DNA of 64,000 nt from Psilocybe cubensis (taxonomy: Eukaryota), in assembly GCA_017499595.2 (NCBI GenBank), contig JAFIQS020000014.1, positions 62,001 to 126,000 of the forward strand, in the 5' to 3' direction. Within the stretch, counting starts at the first letter, position 1. The number at the start of each line of letters is the position of its first letter. Shown here piece after piece: positions 37,701-51,800 of this stretch. The notes beneath the pieces are model-generated. The model ran no database searches. It was not told the origin of the DNA and worked only from the letters and a program-made list of their open reading frames with translations. The position numbers and the translations under genes were made by a program.

Positions 37701-40700
37701 CACGCGCGTCCCTGGTTATCTTGGGGAAACTGTTCTACCACATCGTATTCCCATATTTCTGCGTGGATCTCACGCTCTCCGAGCAACTCGAGCACATCAG
37801 TGCAGCAGTTCATCTGGCTTTGGCCTTGTATCACGAATCCGGTACTCAATTCATTCCCGCGCTGCTTTACACGGATCTGCAAATCATGGCGAAGAATATT
37901 TTCTTTTGTGTTGCAAAAGCAAAGGTTCATCTACCTCACAGTCAATTTTATCTTGTGCTTTTAGGAACCGATCGGCTCGAGGAAATATTTGGAATACTCC
38001 GAACAATGATTGGAAATGATTCCAATGTTGATATCTGGCAATTATCATCACGGCTTACAGGTACAACAGAAGTGTCAAATATTCTAGCAAAGTATCCTCA
38101 CTGGGATCGCGCACCACGACGACTCAAAATGCCTGCTCTTACGCGGTTATCACAGGAACTTCCCGACTCCTCAGATCACATCAAGCCTGCATCTTGGAAA
38201 GGAAATGTTTCTGTTGCAAATGTTACTCTCTTAACGTCCTGGAAGCGTGGGCGGTTTCTGCTTGAGGCTGAATGTCCTTGGATTATTGAAATCCTAGCAC
38301 GTTTGGAATGCGACTCAAAATATGGAATGCTTTCGCCACATGGAAAGATTCTAGTTGGCAGCACCCTTTTTGAACACGAAGCACATGACGACATCTCTCA
38401 GGAGATTATTTCTCTAGAAAGACCCATCGTTGACTCGGATATCTCTTCAACACTTACTTCGCAGCAAGCCAACATTGAAGATCAATTTCTAACCCCCTTT
38501 TTCAACGAGTCAATGCCATCCGAATCATTCATACATTATACTTCTCCCGATGAAGAGAACTTTACACGCACTGTCTTGTACAATGGGGATCTTATTCCTA
38601 AATCGCGTGCACTATCATTGCACAGCAAGCATCGTGGACAGAGATCTGTTGCTTCTACAGACCGGTTGCGACGTGTACAAGGGGCAGAACGGTTTGGAAA
38701 GGCAATAAACCTTTCAGAAGCCAAATGCCAGTATTCTGACAACGCTCAAGACATTGTCTCTATTCTGGATCCAGTGGTAACTTTGGTCAAGTGCGAGCAG
38801 CATTTGTTTCTGTGCTTAGGTGAGGTTAATAGCATCAAGATACATTCCGAGTCTCCGGTGGAAGCTATCTCAATGGACGATATTAATGAATCGGATTCCG
38901 GGAAAGTCTCAATATCTATGTCAATACTTGGTCTTCGCCGCTCAACTGTAGGCGACGATCCAACACTAAAGGCAGACTGGCGAACATACAGACTATTAAG
39001 CGAGCGCACTATTCACACTCCTGCAAAGATGGTACTACCAATCAACCCCACCATCCATACGTCTGGAATTGGCCAATTATACTACTTGCTTGAAGGCAGT
39101 GTACTTGTGGCTCTTGTTTCGCAACTGCGTAGCACAATCGACTCAGATAAAGGTGTTCTCAAAAAGTTACCACAGGTTTCTCTAGGCAAAGAATTTCCAT
39201 ACTATGAGGAATCCGGTGCGCTTAGTTCTTCTTTATTAGCAAAATACAATTAACATCACAGTCTAGGAAAGGCATGTTTTTCTGCTTCGTTTGGCCTAAA
39301 AGAGGCTTTAAACTGCTGCCCAATGTGTGAACCTCCCTTCAATTTCGCTGGAAAGGGTGGACCACGCATACTTGAACACATCGGCTCGCATATCCTTCAC
39401 GATCCTTTAATCAATCGTGATGATGAGCCATGTGGACTTTGTCTTCGTCCCAGCCCACAATGCGTGTTTTTTTTGAAGAAAGGCACCGGCGGAAACATCA
39501 AAATTAATACACAGGCTTCGCTCTCATGTCCCAATGTCATTTACTACAAGTATGCAGTCGCGGAAAAGTCCACGTCATCGTCTCCATGCTCAAATGTCCC
39601 AATTTACTGTCCTATATGCCCCAAGACGTCTCCTGCAGTCTGGCGCTATAACCTCAAGTACCATATGATTAAAACACATCCTTCTGCTTCCTTGGCTCGA
39701 CATTCGCATCTTTGGGACTTATCTTCGTTTGAAAAGTCTCAGATGAAGAATATATGGATTAATCGACTCACTACAGGTCAAACTCGCTCAGGTTCCTCAA
39801 AAGCAAAAAAAAGCGCACTGGTGATCTCAGATGCACACACAATGAGTGTAGAACTGCCTCAGTAAGCGCAAATTATCAATGTAATTGTTCTGTATGCTAA
39901 TTAATTACTTTTTTCTAGACATTCAATGCTATCCGATCTTGACAACGTGTCTGAAAGTGATTCGTGCTCTGAGGAATCCGAAATACACGATGACAATGTC
40001 CTGCCAACACCCCAAAGCGAAATACAAAGTATTGACAATCCAATTGACACCAATATTTCCGAGTGCACACAAGTAACAAACCCCGCAGACATACAACCCA
40101 ACGGAAATGACGACCATGTACACCAGGACACAACATTGCATTCGGAATCTTTAATATCTCAAAGACCACGGCGCAAACGGACTTATTTTGACCTTAACGG
40201 CCTTTCTGTATGTGTATGCGGACTCAGTGCTCACCCGGCTACTGGAGAATTGACTGCAGGCCTTGCTAAATGTAAGCGGGTAAATTGTGAAACAGTATGG
40301 GTAAGTCACGTTTTTGAGTTGCTATTTAATTTTGTTACTGTACTCTAACGGACGGTGAACAGTACCACATTTCGTGCTTAACACCAAAGGTGCATGCCGT
40401 CTCAAAGACTTGGGCGTGCTCCTCATGTTTGGAAGGCAAACGAAGTCGCTACTGATGTTTTATTTGTTAATTACTTGTGTAGTATCTCAACTACAGTTGT
40501 CCGAATGTAAAATGAGGGACACAGATGTTTTATGCCACCTCAAATGTTCCAACGTGTAAAATTTGGCTAAGTTCATTTCCTTGGCCCTTGGCAATTACCA
40601 TTTTGAGCCATTTTGATGGTTATGTAATGCTTACGAGGTAGGTAGGTTGGTCAAAATCCGTTGAAAAAAAAAAACCAACGTCGTGTCCGATTTTTGAAGA

Positions 40701-40714
40701 CCGGTACCCCCTTG
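34791..40714 (+). mobile_element. P-element-like DNA transposon, 5924 bp, apparently intact
   Basis: TIR CAAGGGGGTAC(...CGGACAC) at both ends; exact 8-bp TSD AGTGTTAC at 34783-34790 and 40715-40722. Confidence 0.92.
35130..40455 (+). CDS. P-element/THAP9-like DDE transposase with N-terminal C2HC finger, C-terminal Cys/His cluster and PHD finger
   Basis: LAFDEIA, SIASDGE, DWKHVFKRFRN, GTDRLEEIFGILR match P-type D, D, DxxH..K..RN and E motifs; CPDC...HRGTAKC; EPCGLC...PCSNVPIYCPIC; CVCG...CKRVNCETVW|YHISC...WACSSC. About 6 exons, no stops seen. Confidence 0.8.
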
Positions 40715-43700
40715 AGTGTTACATGAATGAATATCATCAGTCAACTGCCGTGAAAAATATCAAATAATAGTATATACTTACCTTTGACAGTATATCTGCT
40801 GTAAAAATTATGGATGAAGCGTTCCCAATCCAACTCTTTCGTTCTCAGACAGCTGCCAATTGACGAAGGGATTGAACTAACTTACTAAGTCATTGTCACG
40901 GTCTCTGATTCTAGACATGTCACGCGTCAACCCCCAAAAAGCCTTCCATAGGCACGGTGACACTCGAGTATTATGCAGTGAACATAAGTGCACTCAAGTA
41001 CAGTACAAGTGCATGCAAGTGCAGTGCAAATGCGCGCAAGTGCAATGTAAGTGCAACGCGAGTGCATGCAAGTGCATGCAAGTGCGCGCAAGTGCACGTG
41101 AGTGCACGCAAGTGCACGTGAGTGCACGCAAGTGCAGTGCAGTGCAAGTGCAGTGTAACGCAAGTGCATGTGACATAAATGTGACATAAATTAGAAGGTT
41201 ATCACAGACGAGTCAATTATTGTGTAAATTCTAGCTGAATCCCCAGCTCTAAGCATATTTTATGGCGTTAACCGACTCCTTAATCCGACTAGCAAAATTT
41301 TTAGCAGGCAGATATTGTTTTGCTTGATGTAGTACCTCATCATTGCAGAGAGAATATTCAAACTTATTTTCAATTTATTTCGCCCCAAGGTACCGAGAGA
41401 GAGTAAATAACACCATTCTGGAAAATGGGTATACCACAAAGACCGAAATATATAAGTTTCATGTTTTATTTTCCCATACTCCAAGGCACAAGGTGTATTT
41501 ACAACAAGTTCATTAGTACTTGTGACGACAGATCACAAGTCCGTGACAACACATCCCTGGCAGTGCAATATGGCAGAAAATGGCGCACAAACTGTCTGAA
41601 GCATATTTTAGAATAAATAGTCTAACAGAGGTAGTATTCAAAACTCATGCTAGCAGCCAAAATTGTTCATTTGCCTCAGACCTCAGTTGAACTAACAAAC
41701 ATGGCATGTTCTCCTCACTCGGCATGCACCGGCATCTTAGTCCCGAGGAAATATTGTGACATATTGACACACTGTCACGCGCACTTGCATTGCACTTGCA
41801 TGCACTTGCATGCACTTGCGTGCACTTGCGTGCACTTATTTTTCTATTTGCCCGATCCTGAGGTATACACTTCCCCAAATGAAGCATCTACGAAGCGAAC
41901 CCTGAAAACCTGTACGGCCCCAAAAGGGCCCTTGCTCAAGCTGCCATCACCCACGCACGAAACTTGAAGTACATTGATTCCCATTAATACGAATTTGATC
42001 TTAACGTTACTCTGCATCTCGGCGAGAAACGGATTGTTCAATTGAAATTGTTTAGATTGCCTGTTCAAAAAGGTATGCAATGGTCATTGCATGCTGACTG
42101 ACGTGAACACAGGTAATAAATACAACTCCATTGATTCTTCGTAGCTCTGATCCATAAAAACTATCAATAGATCCTGTTTTTGTGCATATCTGTGCAGTGG
42201 TAAACCATTCCTGATGGGGCTCCCAACGGCGTAACTACATATCCGAAAATTGACCCATCAGCAGGCGTGGTCTTGTAAACATGTTGTTCTCATGTGGTGA
42301 ATGCCCAATTAATAGCAATGCTTGGAAATACACCATGAACTTCTCGCTCCGCTCTTGCCACAAATTCATGAGACATATTACCGCTGTTCTATGATTTTTA
42401 CCAGAGAAGCGAACATATTTACACAAGCATATTTCTTTACAAGTTAAAACTATCAAGCCTACCTGACACGCAGACGCTGTATTTGTCAAGAATTGTCTCC
42501 TCAGAATGTTAATATTTGCCTTCCAACTTGGTTAATCCCTTCCCCATTGTGTGTAGATACTCTTTAGGCCGTCTTGATTGTGGGTCAGGGCTCTTTATAG
42601 TGCTTGAAGGCATCAAAGGTAAGAATAACAATGTTCATTTTTGGGGAAGACGTATCAATTTCACAATATCAGATGATGTTGCCAGAAACCCGCTATGTAG
42701 AACTTAGTTGATGTCACTAAAACAGAGTAGTGCCGAGAAATGCCGCACATACCAAAAAAAACAACGGCCATCATGAAAATTGAGCAATGCGGTCACCACG
42801 GGCAAGGAGAGCAACCAAGGAGAAGGCGCGTGCAGAAAAAGCCAAAGTTATAACAAGGCCGTCGATGAGTTAGGGGGAAAGTGCGGCGGACCAAGTCACA
42901 TTGACTAACAACCCACTTGTCCAATATTTCGCTGCGGACCGATAAGAAGAGCGCCGAGCTGCGGCATCTGCATGCGCCCCTACCGCGGGAGTAGGACTTC
43001 GAAAAGAAAGCCTAGCGTGAGAGAATCAGACACCAGCATGAACACTTGAGACAGAGACAAAGAAGAGTGGTTTGAAGGTAGAGTAGGGGCACAGCAGCAG
43101 ACAGCGTTGAGAGAGAAGAGGACGTATGAGCAACAGGAAAACCGTAGTAAAAAGGGAATATGGCTCACTCCTTTGGCGCCAGATTCAAGAATTATAAGAC
43201 CACATGAGCATCGCGAGTTGGCGTGTTCAACATCAAAATTTTCTGGAGACAGGGGTGATCAGTGCATAAAATTGAGGTGAGATCAGCTGAAAAAGAAAGT
43301 AATCTCCTAAAAACTTCTAGATAAAAGTAGTCGAGAATTGAAGTTGATTTTTGCGCCCTCTCACCTTAGTACACGTGGAAATCACAAGCCACAAGGGAAG
43401 TTGTTGAAATAATATATAAAAATATTAACTACACTACCTACAATGAATCAAGTTACTCTATAATTTATTGCTGGGAGAACTTGGTTAATTATCAATAAAG
43501 CAAGTGAATTACCCAGAAGAACCAACTAACTTAAGGAGTTATTTGTGTGCGTATGTGTGCAGTTCCGAGCTCATCCCATGAACAAGCTTTCACACGGATA
43601 TATATATTACATCTCATCATTCAATGCGCGGCCAGTGTGAAAAAAAAACCTTGCATAAGGATGATAGTTATCTATGTGTGACAGCGTAGTGATAAAAATC

Positions 43701-44225
43701 ATCGTGCAACTTACTTAGATATAAGCCAAATTCATACTGTGGATAGATTATATTTTTTTACTCAGACGAAGTCGTCATTCTCATGGTACGATTATTCATC
43801 AAATGGCGGTGGGTACACCACATGCACCGACTACTGTATGTTTTCCATGCAGCGGTTAACATACACATCTCATGTATAGTTTTTGCATGCCAGAAAAAAA
43901 TGAAGACTAACACTCAACTAGTATGTAAAACATACGGCAGTCGGCTCACGCCGCGGTAGCCATACAATTTTAGGCAACGGGTAATCAAGCTCAAGTTGAT
44001 GCAACCCGTATGAAGCTAACGAACACTGGGAATATCATTCAATAATATCCACTTTTCACAAAGAGCAGAATCCATAGTGGTCAACTGCTGCGAGTGGCTT
44101 AAAATGAGTGCGCCATAAACTTGGTGTAACTTCAAAATAAACAAGAACGACGACTATAAAGAGTGCCCCATGGATTACAATGACAGCAGGCTTTCAGGAA
44201 TCAACTTTCAAGAAGCTTGTTTTCA

Positions 44226-44390
44226 ATGCACTTCAACTCTCTCGTAGCGTTCACCGTCGCTGCAGCAGCCATTTTTGCTGGCGCAGTTCCTGCACCGGTG
44301 AGGTAGCCTTCTTTACCTTACCACCCATCATCTCATAATATCTGCAGACCAACAATGGCGGCATCATGTCCCTTGAAGAAATGAAAGCCT
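44226..44390 (+). pseudogene. 5' fragment of a small secreted protein gene
   Basis: Signal peptide MHFNSLVAFTVAAAAIFAGAVPAP, a GT-AG intron, then TNNGGIMSLEEMKA; downstream sequence does not look like a coherent continuation. Confidence 0.5.
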
Positions 44391-45711
44391 GCTACGTCTT
44401 TGCCTCCTATGTGATAGATGGCGATGGGGTTGCTCGGCAAGCGGGCTTGAGAGAAACACGCAGGATGAGACAAAAGTGGCTATCCCAGTGCACAGGATTG
44501 CTTACACGCACTGTGAAGGTAATAAGCATGAAAAAATGCGGACGGTTGAAAAAAAAAAACCGCACACAGGTGGCGAATAACCCCGACGCTAATGTGAGAT
44601 CCTCACTAAGCACTGGAACGAGCGAATGAGGCATTATCTTTCCACAACATCATGCGGATCTCAGACACAGACGTGCCTCCACACAGGACTTGCAGCACCG
44701 ATGCGCATGGACAGTATACATCCCCTCTTAAATCCCGCCATTTCCCCTCCAAAGACAGGCTAGGCCAGTGACATGGCACGTAAGTATGCGATCACCCAAA
44801 GCGGACTGATATCCAACCTGCCCACCACTGATCCTCTCGCTCTGAATAGTCCATATGCAATGTTTCGTTTGCTCGACGGATGGGTTGAAAGGGACTCTCG
44901 CTGATCGTTATGAGATCGAAGAGGAGCAATGCAGAGAGACGATGCATTCGTTCGAGTTTATAATGCGCAGGTCGAGGTGCACACAGTCCACGGTGACAGT
45001 GCAGGGACAGCGCAACTCGTGAACTCGCTCCCCTACTCACACTGTTGGCCATATAGCACGCGGGTCTGTCTCCTTCCCTTTCGCTGGCCTTTCAAACGCA
45101 TTTCTGAATAATTATCTCACACCTTATCATTCTCCCTCGGTCTCCCTTACGCGTCAAATTGTTGGTGAGGGTGCGTTGTATGAACGGGAGTGGTGAGCTG
45201 GCGCGTTTGTTTGCGCTTATTGTGCACAAGCACAGGGGCGTGAGAAGTCGAAGTCTGCACACGCAAAACCACAAAAAAGAGGGGTGTCATTCAACTAGGC
45301 CATCCATCTGCTGTACCTTTGCCTTAGGAAATATACTGTAGACACTTTTGGCTGGAGATATTTACCAGACAGATATCAAATAGCAATTTTTTGGCGGCAG
45401 AAAACCGTGTCGCTCTAGCACCTCCATATATTTCGATGCCTGTCCGCTCTCTGAGACACAAGCAAATGTCGTACCAATGACTGTATTGATGTGGTCTGCA
45501 TCTGTGATATATAGTGAGCGTAATTATATCCCGATTGCCTCCAACCAGTGCCTCTATGTTCATGATATTTTTGATAACCAGGCTATATGAAATTATGAAT
45601 AAATAAGCGTTTTGCATATACTGAAAATAAACAAACTAGAGAGGTTCCTTTTTTAGTAACGTATATGTGTCTAATGAACAAGCTGGAGATGTACCTGCAC
45701 AATGAGTGCTG

Positions 45712-47014
45712 CTATATGAGGCCTTGTCGTATAACGCTGTTCTTGGGCGATGTTATTATATTTTGGCCACCGATGGGAGCTTCGCCTCCCCCGTTGAGCT
45801 CTTCCCCAACAGAAGAATCATTGACCGCCCTAGAAATAAGCCCATTGTTCCCAACAGCACCTCCGTTTTGCGAATTATCAAAATTCAATCCAGTGATATG
45901 CGTCATATTGTTGCCAGACGAAACGGTACTGATTTCAAGTTGATTGGCGACTGTGAGTCGTAACACCATGACTGTAGGACCAAGTCCCTGGAAAAACACT
46001 TAGCACATCCCATGAAATCACATCTCGTAGATATCGTCTTGAAACGCACCGCACACACTGCCAGCGTACAATCGATGTACGGAAATGCTTGGTACAATGT
46101 CGACTGCACGTCTCTGAAACCAGGGATGATTGTAACCATAGCTTCTAAGAAGAGTAAAAACGAATACACTGCTGAGGATTCAACGATCGTAATGAGAATT
46201 CGTATGTATCGTTTCCTGTCCCGACTGATGTTCTCGGATGCGGTGTATATCCTATATCCAATAAGAAACGTTGTGCAGCATGTCGTAGCTAAACCCATAA
46301 ACAACAGGGATGTGGAAATGTGATTGTTTAGCTCTGCCCTTGCAAGGCTTGGGGATTGAGATATAGTTGTACGAAGCACAATGTCGGTTATAACCAGAGC
46401 TGTGACGTCGTTGGATGAAAGTCAGAATATGCTTTGTTAAAAGAGAAATTTCATCCACTGACCAATCTCTGTAATCCATAGAAACACCGGAATTCCAGTA
46501 ACTTTAATCGATTCTCCCCAAAGGTGATAACATCTCCAAATCTGAAATGATTAGCTTCGTGTGATACCTCAGGCTTAATCAAATATACATACCAAAAGTC
46601 CATCCGATATGACGAAGATCAACGGCATGACTATGCCTACTACTTCATAATCCCACGACGGATAATCAAATGACGACCAAAATATCGAATCCCTGGTATC
46701 TCCATTGATAACAAAGTTCCACTTCATAGAAAAGCATTGAGCGATGAAATTAAGAACTGTCAACCCGTAAAATGCGGATATGGCTGTCAAGACAATCCTA
46801 CTGGAATAACCCGGTTTGGATGATGTCTTTGAATCTTTATGCAGCTTGAGCCACTCTGCTCGGGTAATACGACGCAAACTACGTACTGAGACCGTACACG
46901 TAGAGCGTACAACCATATACCACCGTATAAATCCCTGAAATTCAGGTTGGGACTGATTGTATAGTCCTCAATATTTACTGGTACTGAAGGGAACGCGCTG
47001 GATTCGTCAGACAT
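45712..47014 (-). CDS. Multi-pass (7TM-like) membrane protein of a common agaricomycete family; 5' end probably damaged
   Basis: ISDGLL|IWRCYHLW, TTFLIGYRIY, IVESSAVYS, GLGPTVMVLR. Exon 1 appears fused out of frame to an acceptor (tttcag|GIYTVVYG), suggesting a deletion. Confidence 0.7.
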
Positions 47015-47914
47015 TATGAAAAGCTGCGGATTTTAGTGTCAATGCTTATCTGGAATCGATGCTTGCTACTTATATAGCTCAATTCTGTGAGAGATTGAAT
47101 GTCAGGACAAGTTCAACAGGGTAGCATCCTTGTTATCTGAAGCATTTTTTTGCTCATCTCAGTTGATGTTTGATATCCCAAGTCGTCAACTGGACTCTGC
47201 CTTGTTTCATTAATGCTTTACCATCACTTGTTCTTGAGATATTGAATGGACTATCGGCGTCTAATGAACATCGATGGTACTCCCAGAAAGTATTCGACTC
47301 TGTAGACCATGATTTACAAAAAGTGGCACTCCACAATCCAGACGCCCTTCACGTAAAAATAGTACCATCCGAGTGTTTAATCTTTCTTGATCCTCCTCAT
47401 CTCATCATTCCACAGATCAAATTTCTTTGAAACCGTCAATTCCATCACATAAAATTAGTATGACTGCTTAACATAGCACGTTCGTGATAAATTAAGTAAA
47501 TTTGACAATTGCAAACCCGTTCACCAGGCAGCTGCAGTCCCGGGCAAACTTAGCTGCACATCAGAAGCACGCTATCAGACTTATGAGATTATGCCTCGGG
47601 TCAGGTCATTTAATACAGTCAAGTCGGTCTCCTTTCATCGATTTCTATGCCAACGATTCACATGAAACTATGGATTCCAAGCATCTACAAAAAGTCAAGC
47701 TAATTAAATCAGTTTTATGGAGTGTTCAATGCAGAGGTGCTTTTACCATGATAAAAAGTGTAGAGTCCAAACGGAAAGCGGTTTCATGCTATGTTGTGTA
47801 TTTTTCCTCTTAGAACAACAAAAATTTGAAGTACAGATTGCGCTTAGGATACAATGCTCGATTGGAAGGGAAAATACAAATTGATTTAAATAGATATTTA
47901 TTATTGTTGAAGGG

Positions 47915-48819
47915 TTAGACGCGGAAAGGGAAAACTTGGGCTCACCCGCCATTTTTTACTGTATGGTGTATCTGCGAGTTTGGGGTACTTGTTCATCAGA
48001 TACGTCTCAATGTCTTCCAGTGATGCTCGATGGTTAGGAGAGCAACCGACAATGAGAATGAGAACCTTAATTTTTGTGTATCGACGCCAAGGGTCTGCAC
48101 CTATTGGCCATGCATCTTCGAGATTGATGTTTGGTGGGACTCCCAAAATGCGACGCACAACACTGTCAGTGTACTCTTTGGAGGGAAGCGATGCCACCTC
48201 CTCAGAGGTTAACACCCCAGTGGCATGTATTTTCCGCTGTGGCACTTTACGTGCACGAGTGTTGGTCCTCTTTCGGGTCGTCGTCTGAAGAGAAATATAA
48301 TATATTAGTCCTTGTATCATGATCGAAGTTTGGATATCTCACCCCCGTCGACCTTTGAGCGCCTCGCAACGCTTTCCGCCTCTGTACACCTGAACCGTCT
48401 GATTTTTGCGAAGGTAGAAGTATCGAAGCACTAGTAGAAGCATGATATGAGGTGTGGATAGAAGTTATCGGTACAGTGCCAACAGGCGCGATGTTCTCAG
48501 AGACAGATGACATTGAGGTTTGATATGTGTGGTGCTCTTGCCAACTGGCCAACGAGGCAGATTCGCGGGTACTCGAGAACGCGGCTTGAAATTATGCTTC
48601 AGGATCAGTTCTTTTTGGATGAGTCAGTGAACCGGGTGTACCTGGTGTGCTAATGCTCGTGTTTGTGCTGCTGTAATTCGAACCGTAATTGTAGTCGACA
48701 AAGGCTTCCATCTCCCGGTACCAGAGATCTTCTTGGACGCTGGATGACCCAGACTCTGATTGGGGGGACTGTGCGGTAGCGGAAAAAGTCGGTGACCAGG
48801 TGTAGTATTGTGTGTACAT
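47915..48819 (-). pseudogene. Forkhead paralogue 2, inverted copy of 54607-55500
   Basis: Near-identical MYTQYYTWSPTFSATAQSPQSES start. GAA is replaced by TAA at 48592-48594. Homology ends inside the last intron, so the final exon is missing. Confidence 0.88.
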
Positions 48820-51800
48820 GGTGATTTTTTGGAGAGTGGCGCTGTTGATATTCATGCTTCCATCTCGGACGTTTTAACGAGGACGTCTAAAGAATGTCAA
48901 AAAATGTCAGCTCCAACCTTTCAACGATGAGTGAGGGGTCGAGAGTGCATACTGTGCTTGATTTCTGAGGGCCTGGTCATGAACCTGAGCCATGCATGCT
49001 AACTCTATACCCGCTAGAGCTGAGATTTGAGCAGTGACTTGGCTCGACACAGTGCCATCCATGCAGACACTGATATCTGTGCTATCAGAGTCTGAGCCCT
49101 ACTGCTTTGATCAGGAAGTGTAATCGGCAGGAATCTTGCAGCCGTAAAAGAGAGTTGTGTAGCGATAGACAGATAATACCAAGTAGCACGAGGATACCGA
49201 GATTGGCTTGAGTTGAGTTTGTCGACAAGAAAGCATTATGCGGATTGCATTGAACATTGTAGATTGCGTGTAGAATGTCAAAAAGCGTAGCCAGGTGTCT
49301 TTATCAACCCTCTCTTCACAATATGCAATATGGCACGGTCTGCTCAAAGATTACACGGTTATCTAAAGATACATTTATAAAAGTTCCACATTGTTCGTAT
49401 GCCATACGATGACCAGCTACTAAAGCCTCCATTACCGCGTCTTCTTCGGTTATATAACTCGTCCCGGACTGAGCCATAAGGCTCACAAGTCACGATGATA
49501 TATGCTCACTTCCCATTTCCCCAAGACCACAGACAGTGACATAAACCATCACAATAATAGCCAATACGCGACACTGCAAAGAAAAACCTTCCCTCACCTA
49601 TGACGACAGCTCCTAGTACTTCTGAGTGTGATATAGCCGACGACCGACACAGACCTTCTATATGCTTTCAGGCTAATTGCAAACCAGGTAAAAGAAGCAT
49701 ACCACAATGTCCATCCCTCCATCAACGATGCCCAAGACCTTTGAAATGCTTCAAACCACGGATAAGTAGCTGGTAATCGGCTCTTGATCATGTAGGGGGT
49801 CTGCTGAATAGATCCTGCCATGCGTTGCTCCCATACCATATCTAGCTTAAAGGTCATGAGCGGATCTGGTAAATAAGAGAAACAGAAATATGCCTCAGAG
49901 CGCAGCGAGATACAGAAGAAATTGTCAAGAGTCTAAGACTCGTACTCAGGGAGCAAGTCTGATTCTATACGCATGCTTGAAAGTTGCATATATTTACCAT
50001 ACCCATACCGATGACCGTGTTCCTGCTGATGGTGGTGAAAACCGCCCTCGTAACTGATGAATCGAAAAACGCATACGTGCGCCGAGCGAAAAAGTGCGAA
50101 TGCGAGTTCAACGAAAGCTAGGGCGCTAAAACTCGATCAGTCACCAGACCCAGAACAAATGTGAATCAAAACATTGAAACTGAAGGCAGGGAAACGCTTT
50201 AATATGCCGAAAGTTCACCGCGTCGTATCTCAACCCATGCTGAGCCCACATTGACTTGATTCGCAGCACCTCCCAACGCCCGACATCCTTCACACGCGCT
50301 GTTGTCACGCATGCCTACCACCTCATCCTCAACCCCCTTTCCTAAGTATTGATGCGCGCATATGCTTCCGGGGTACGCTGGCATTTCGTGTTCTACATCA
50401 CTCTGAGATACTAAGGTCGAGTTGAGAAACGTTCGTCCGGTTGAGGAGAGAGATAAGGTTGTGGGGTTGTGGGCAGCATTGTGAAGACAATATTGAACGG
50501 GAGACGCAGAAGGGAAGAGACTGATTCCGAATACCACTTTGGAGTTGTACAGACAATCTAATAGTGTGATACGCACCTGGTATCTGTACCCGATACTGTT
50601 GTACCCAACACGGTACCTGATTAATTGCATACCGACCTTCCAAACCGCAGCATCAGCGTTGATGTTTGCCCGGTGGAGGAATGTTTCTGGAAAAGGGGAA
50701 TGAACATTAGCACGATTCTGTCAATAGAGGGAGGGCTGGTGCTTAGGTTGATAGTCTGCGAGAGACTTGTTCTGAATGCTCCGACCAAAAACCGGCGGAA
50801 CCATGCCCAGGGTAAGTGGGAGTGATGACGATGAGCGTGGGAGTGCTGATGAGTGATTTGGTGATATCTAACCGAGAACAGGGAGTCAGCATACCTAATC
50901 CGACCTTAGTCCAGATGTCTCTGGGCATTAGAGAAGACTTTCCTACCCAACACGCCGCTTTGCGATAAATTGCTCAGCAAGAAATTTGCGATCGACGTCA
51001 AGGAGGAAACATCCGGATCTCCGTGAGTCGATATGCCGCGGATAACTGGTCATAGTTCCGGTGTTCACCCACAAAGACGTCATCCTGATCAACTGGAGGA
51101 ATGATAGGACACAAATACAATCGCAGACCAACGCCTGAAGCTGGCGATTGGATTCGTATCCGCCACGGAGTAAGTACATTCTCACGCTGACGGCCATCAA
51201 TAATTGATTCTCAGATTCGGGAACAACCGAATAACATCAAGGCTACGTGCGGAAAGAGACAAGCCTTTAGACTACTGATATAATGCAGTTATTTGAAGAT
51301 AAAAGGAATATATACCACCTAGAATCTTCATAATGTAGCTAGAGTAACAGAAAAAGTCAAACGAATAACTAATTGACGCCGAAACAAAGGATAACAAGAA
51401 ATTTCATGCAGAGCAAGTTGCGACGCGTTGACATGAATATAGACAAGGTACGCTGATGTCCAATCGTGAATGAGGCGGTTCAAAGGTGCAGTGTTTTTAT
51501 CTCTGTATAGATGCCGCAGATATATCTTTAGATCTGATCGAGGTCAACACCAAGTGGGTAGGATAACAGCCAGCTAACACCGTTGCACGTAGGAGAGAAG
51601 AGCTGCACCACTAAGTATACGCACCCCAGACTCACCTGAGAACTCAAGCTCGAGGGTAGACATTCCTGTGGTTAGGGTTTCCCAACACCAATGACTCGAC
51701 AGTAAGAGACCGTCGGATGCTAATGAGTGTGAGTATTATCTCACGTCCTCAGCCGAGGTAAGCCACAACTCCTTTGAGAACATAGCCATTCTGATTATAG

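Larger units (their letters stand above)
34293..41853 (-). mobile_element. Non-autonomous GGGCA-type MULE (~1.6 kb native) carrying a P-like insertion
   Basis: Left GGGCATAGGAAAAAATAAGTGCAGCGCAAGTGC versus right-end reverse complement GGGCAAATAGAAAAATAAGTGCACGCAAGTGC. Exact 9-bp TSD GATCCTGAG at 34284-34292 and 41854-41862. AAGTGCA arrays at 34310-34445 and 40975-41170, inverted at 41780-41837. Confidence 0.92.

Noticed and set aside
40893-41189. Cys/His-rich metallothionein-like ORFs (also 34240-34539)
   Set aside because: Artefacts of AAGTGCA repeats within a TSD-bounded non-autonomous element.
49900-51250. Possible minus-strand gene remnant
   Set aside because: Multiple stops and no assignable family.
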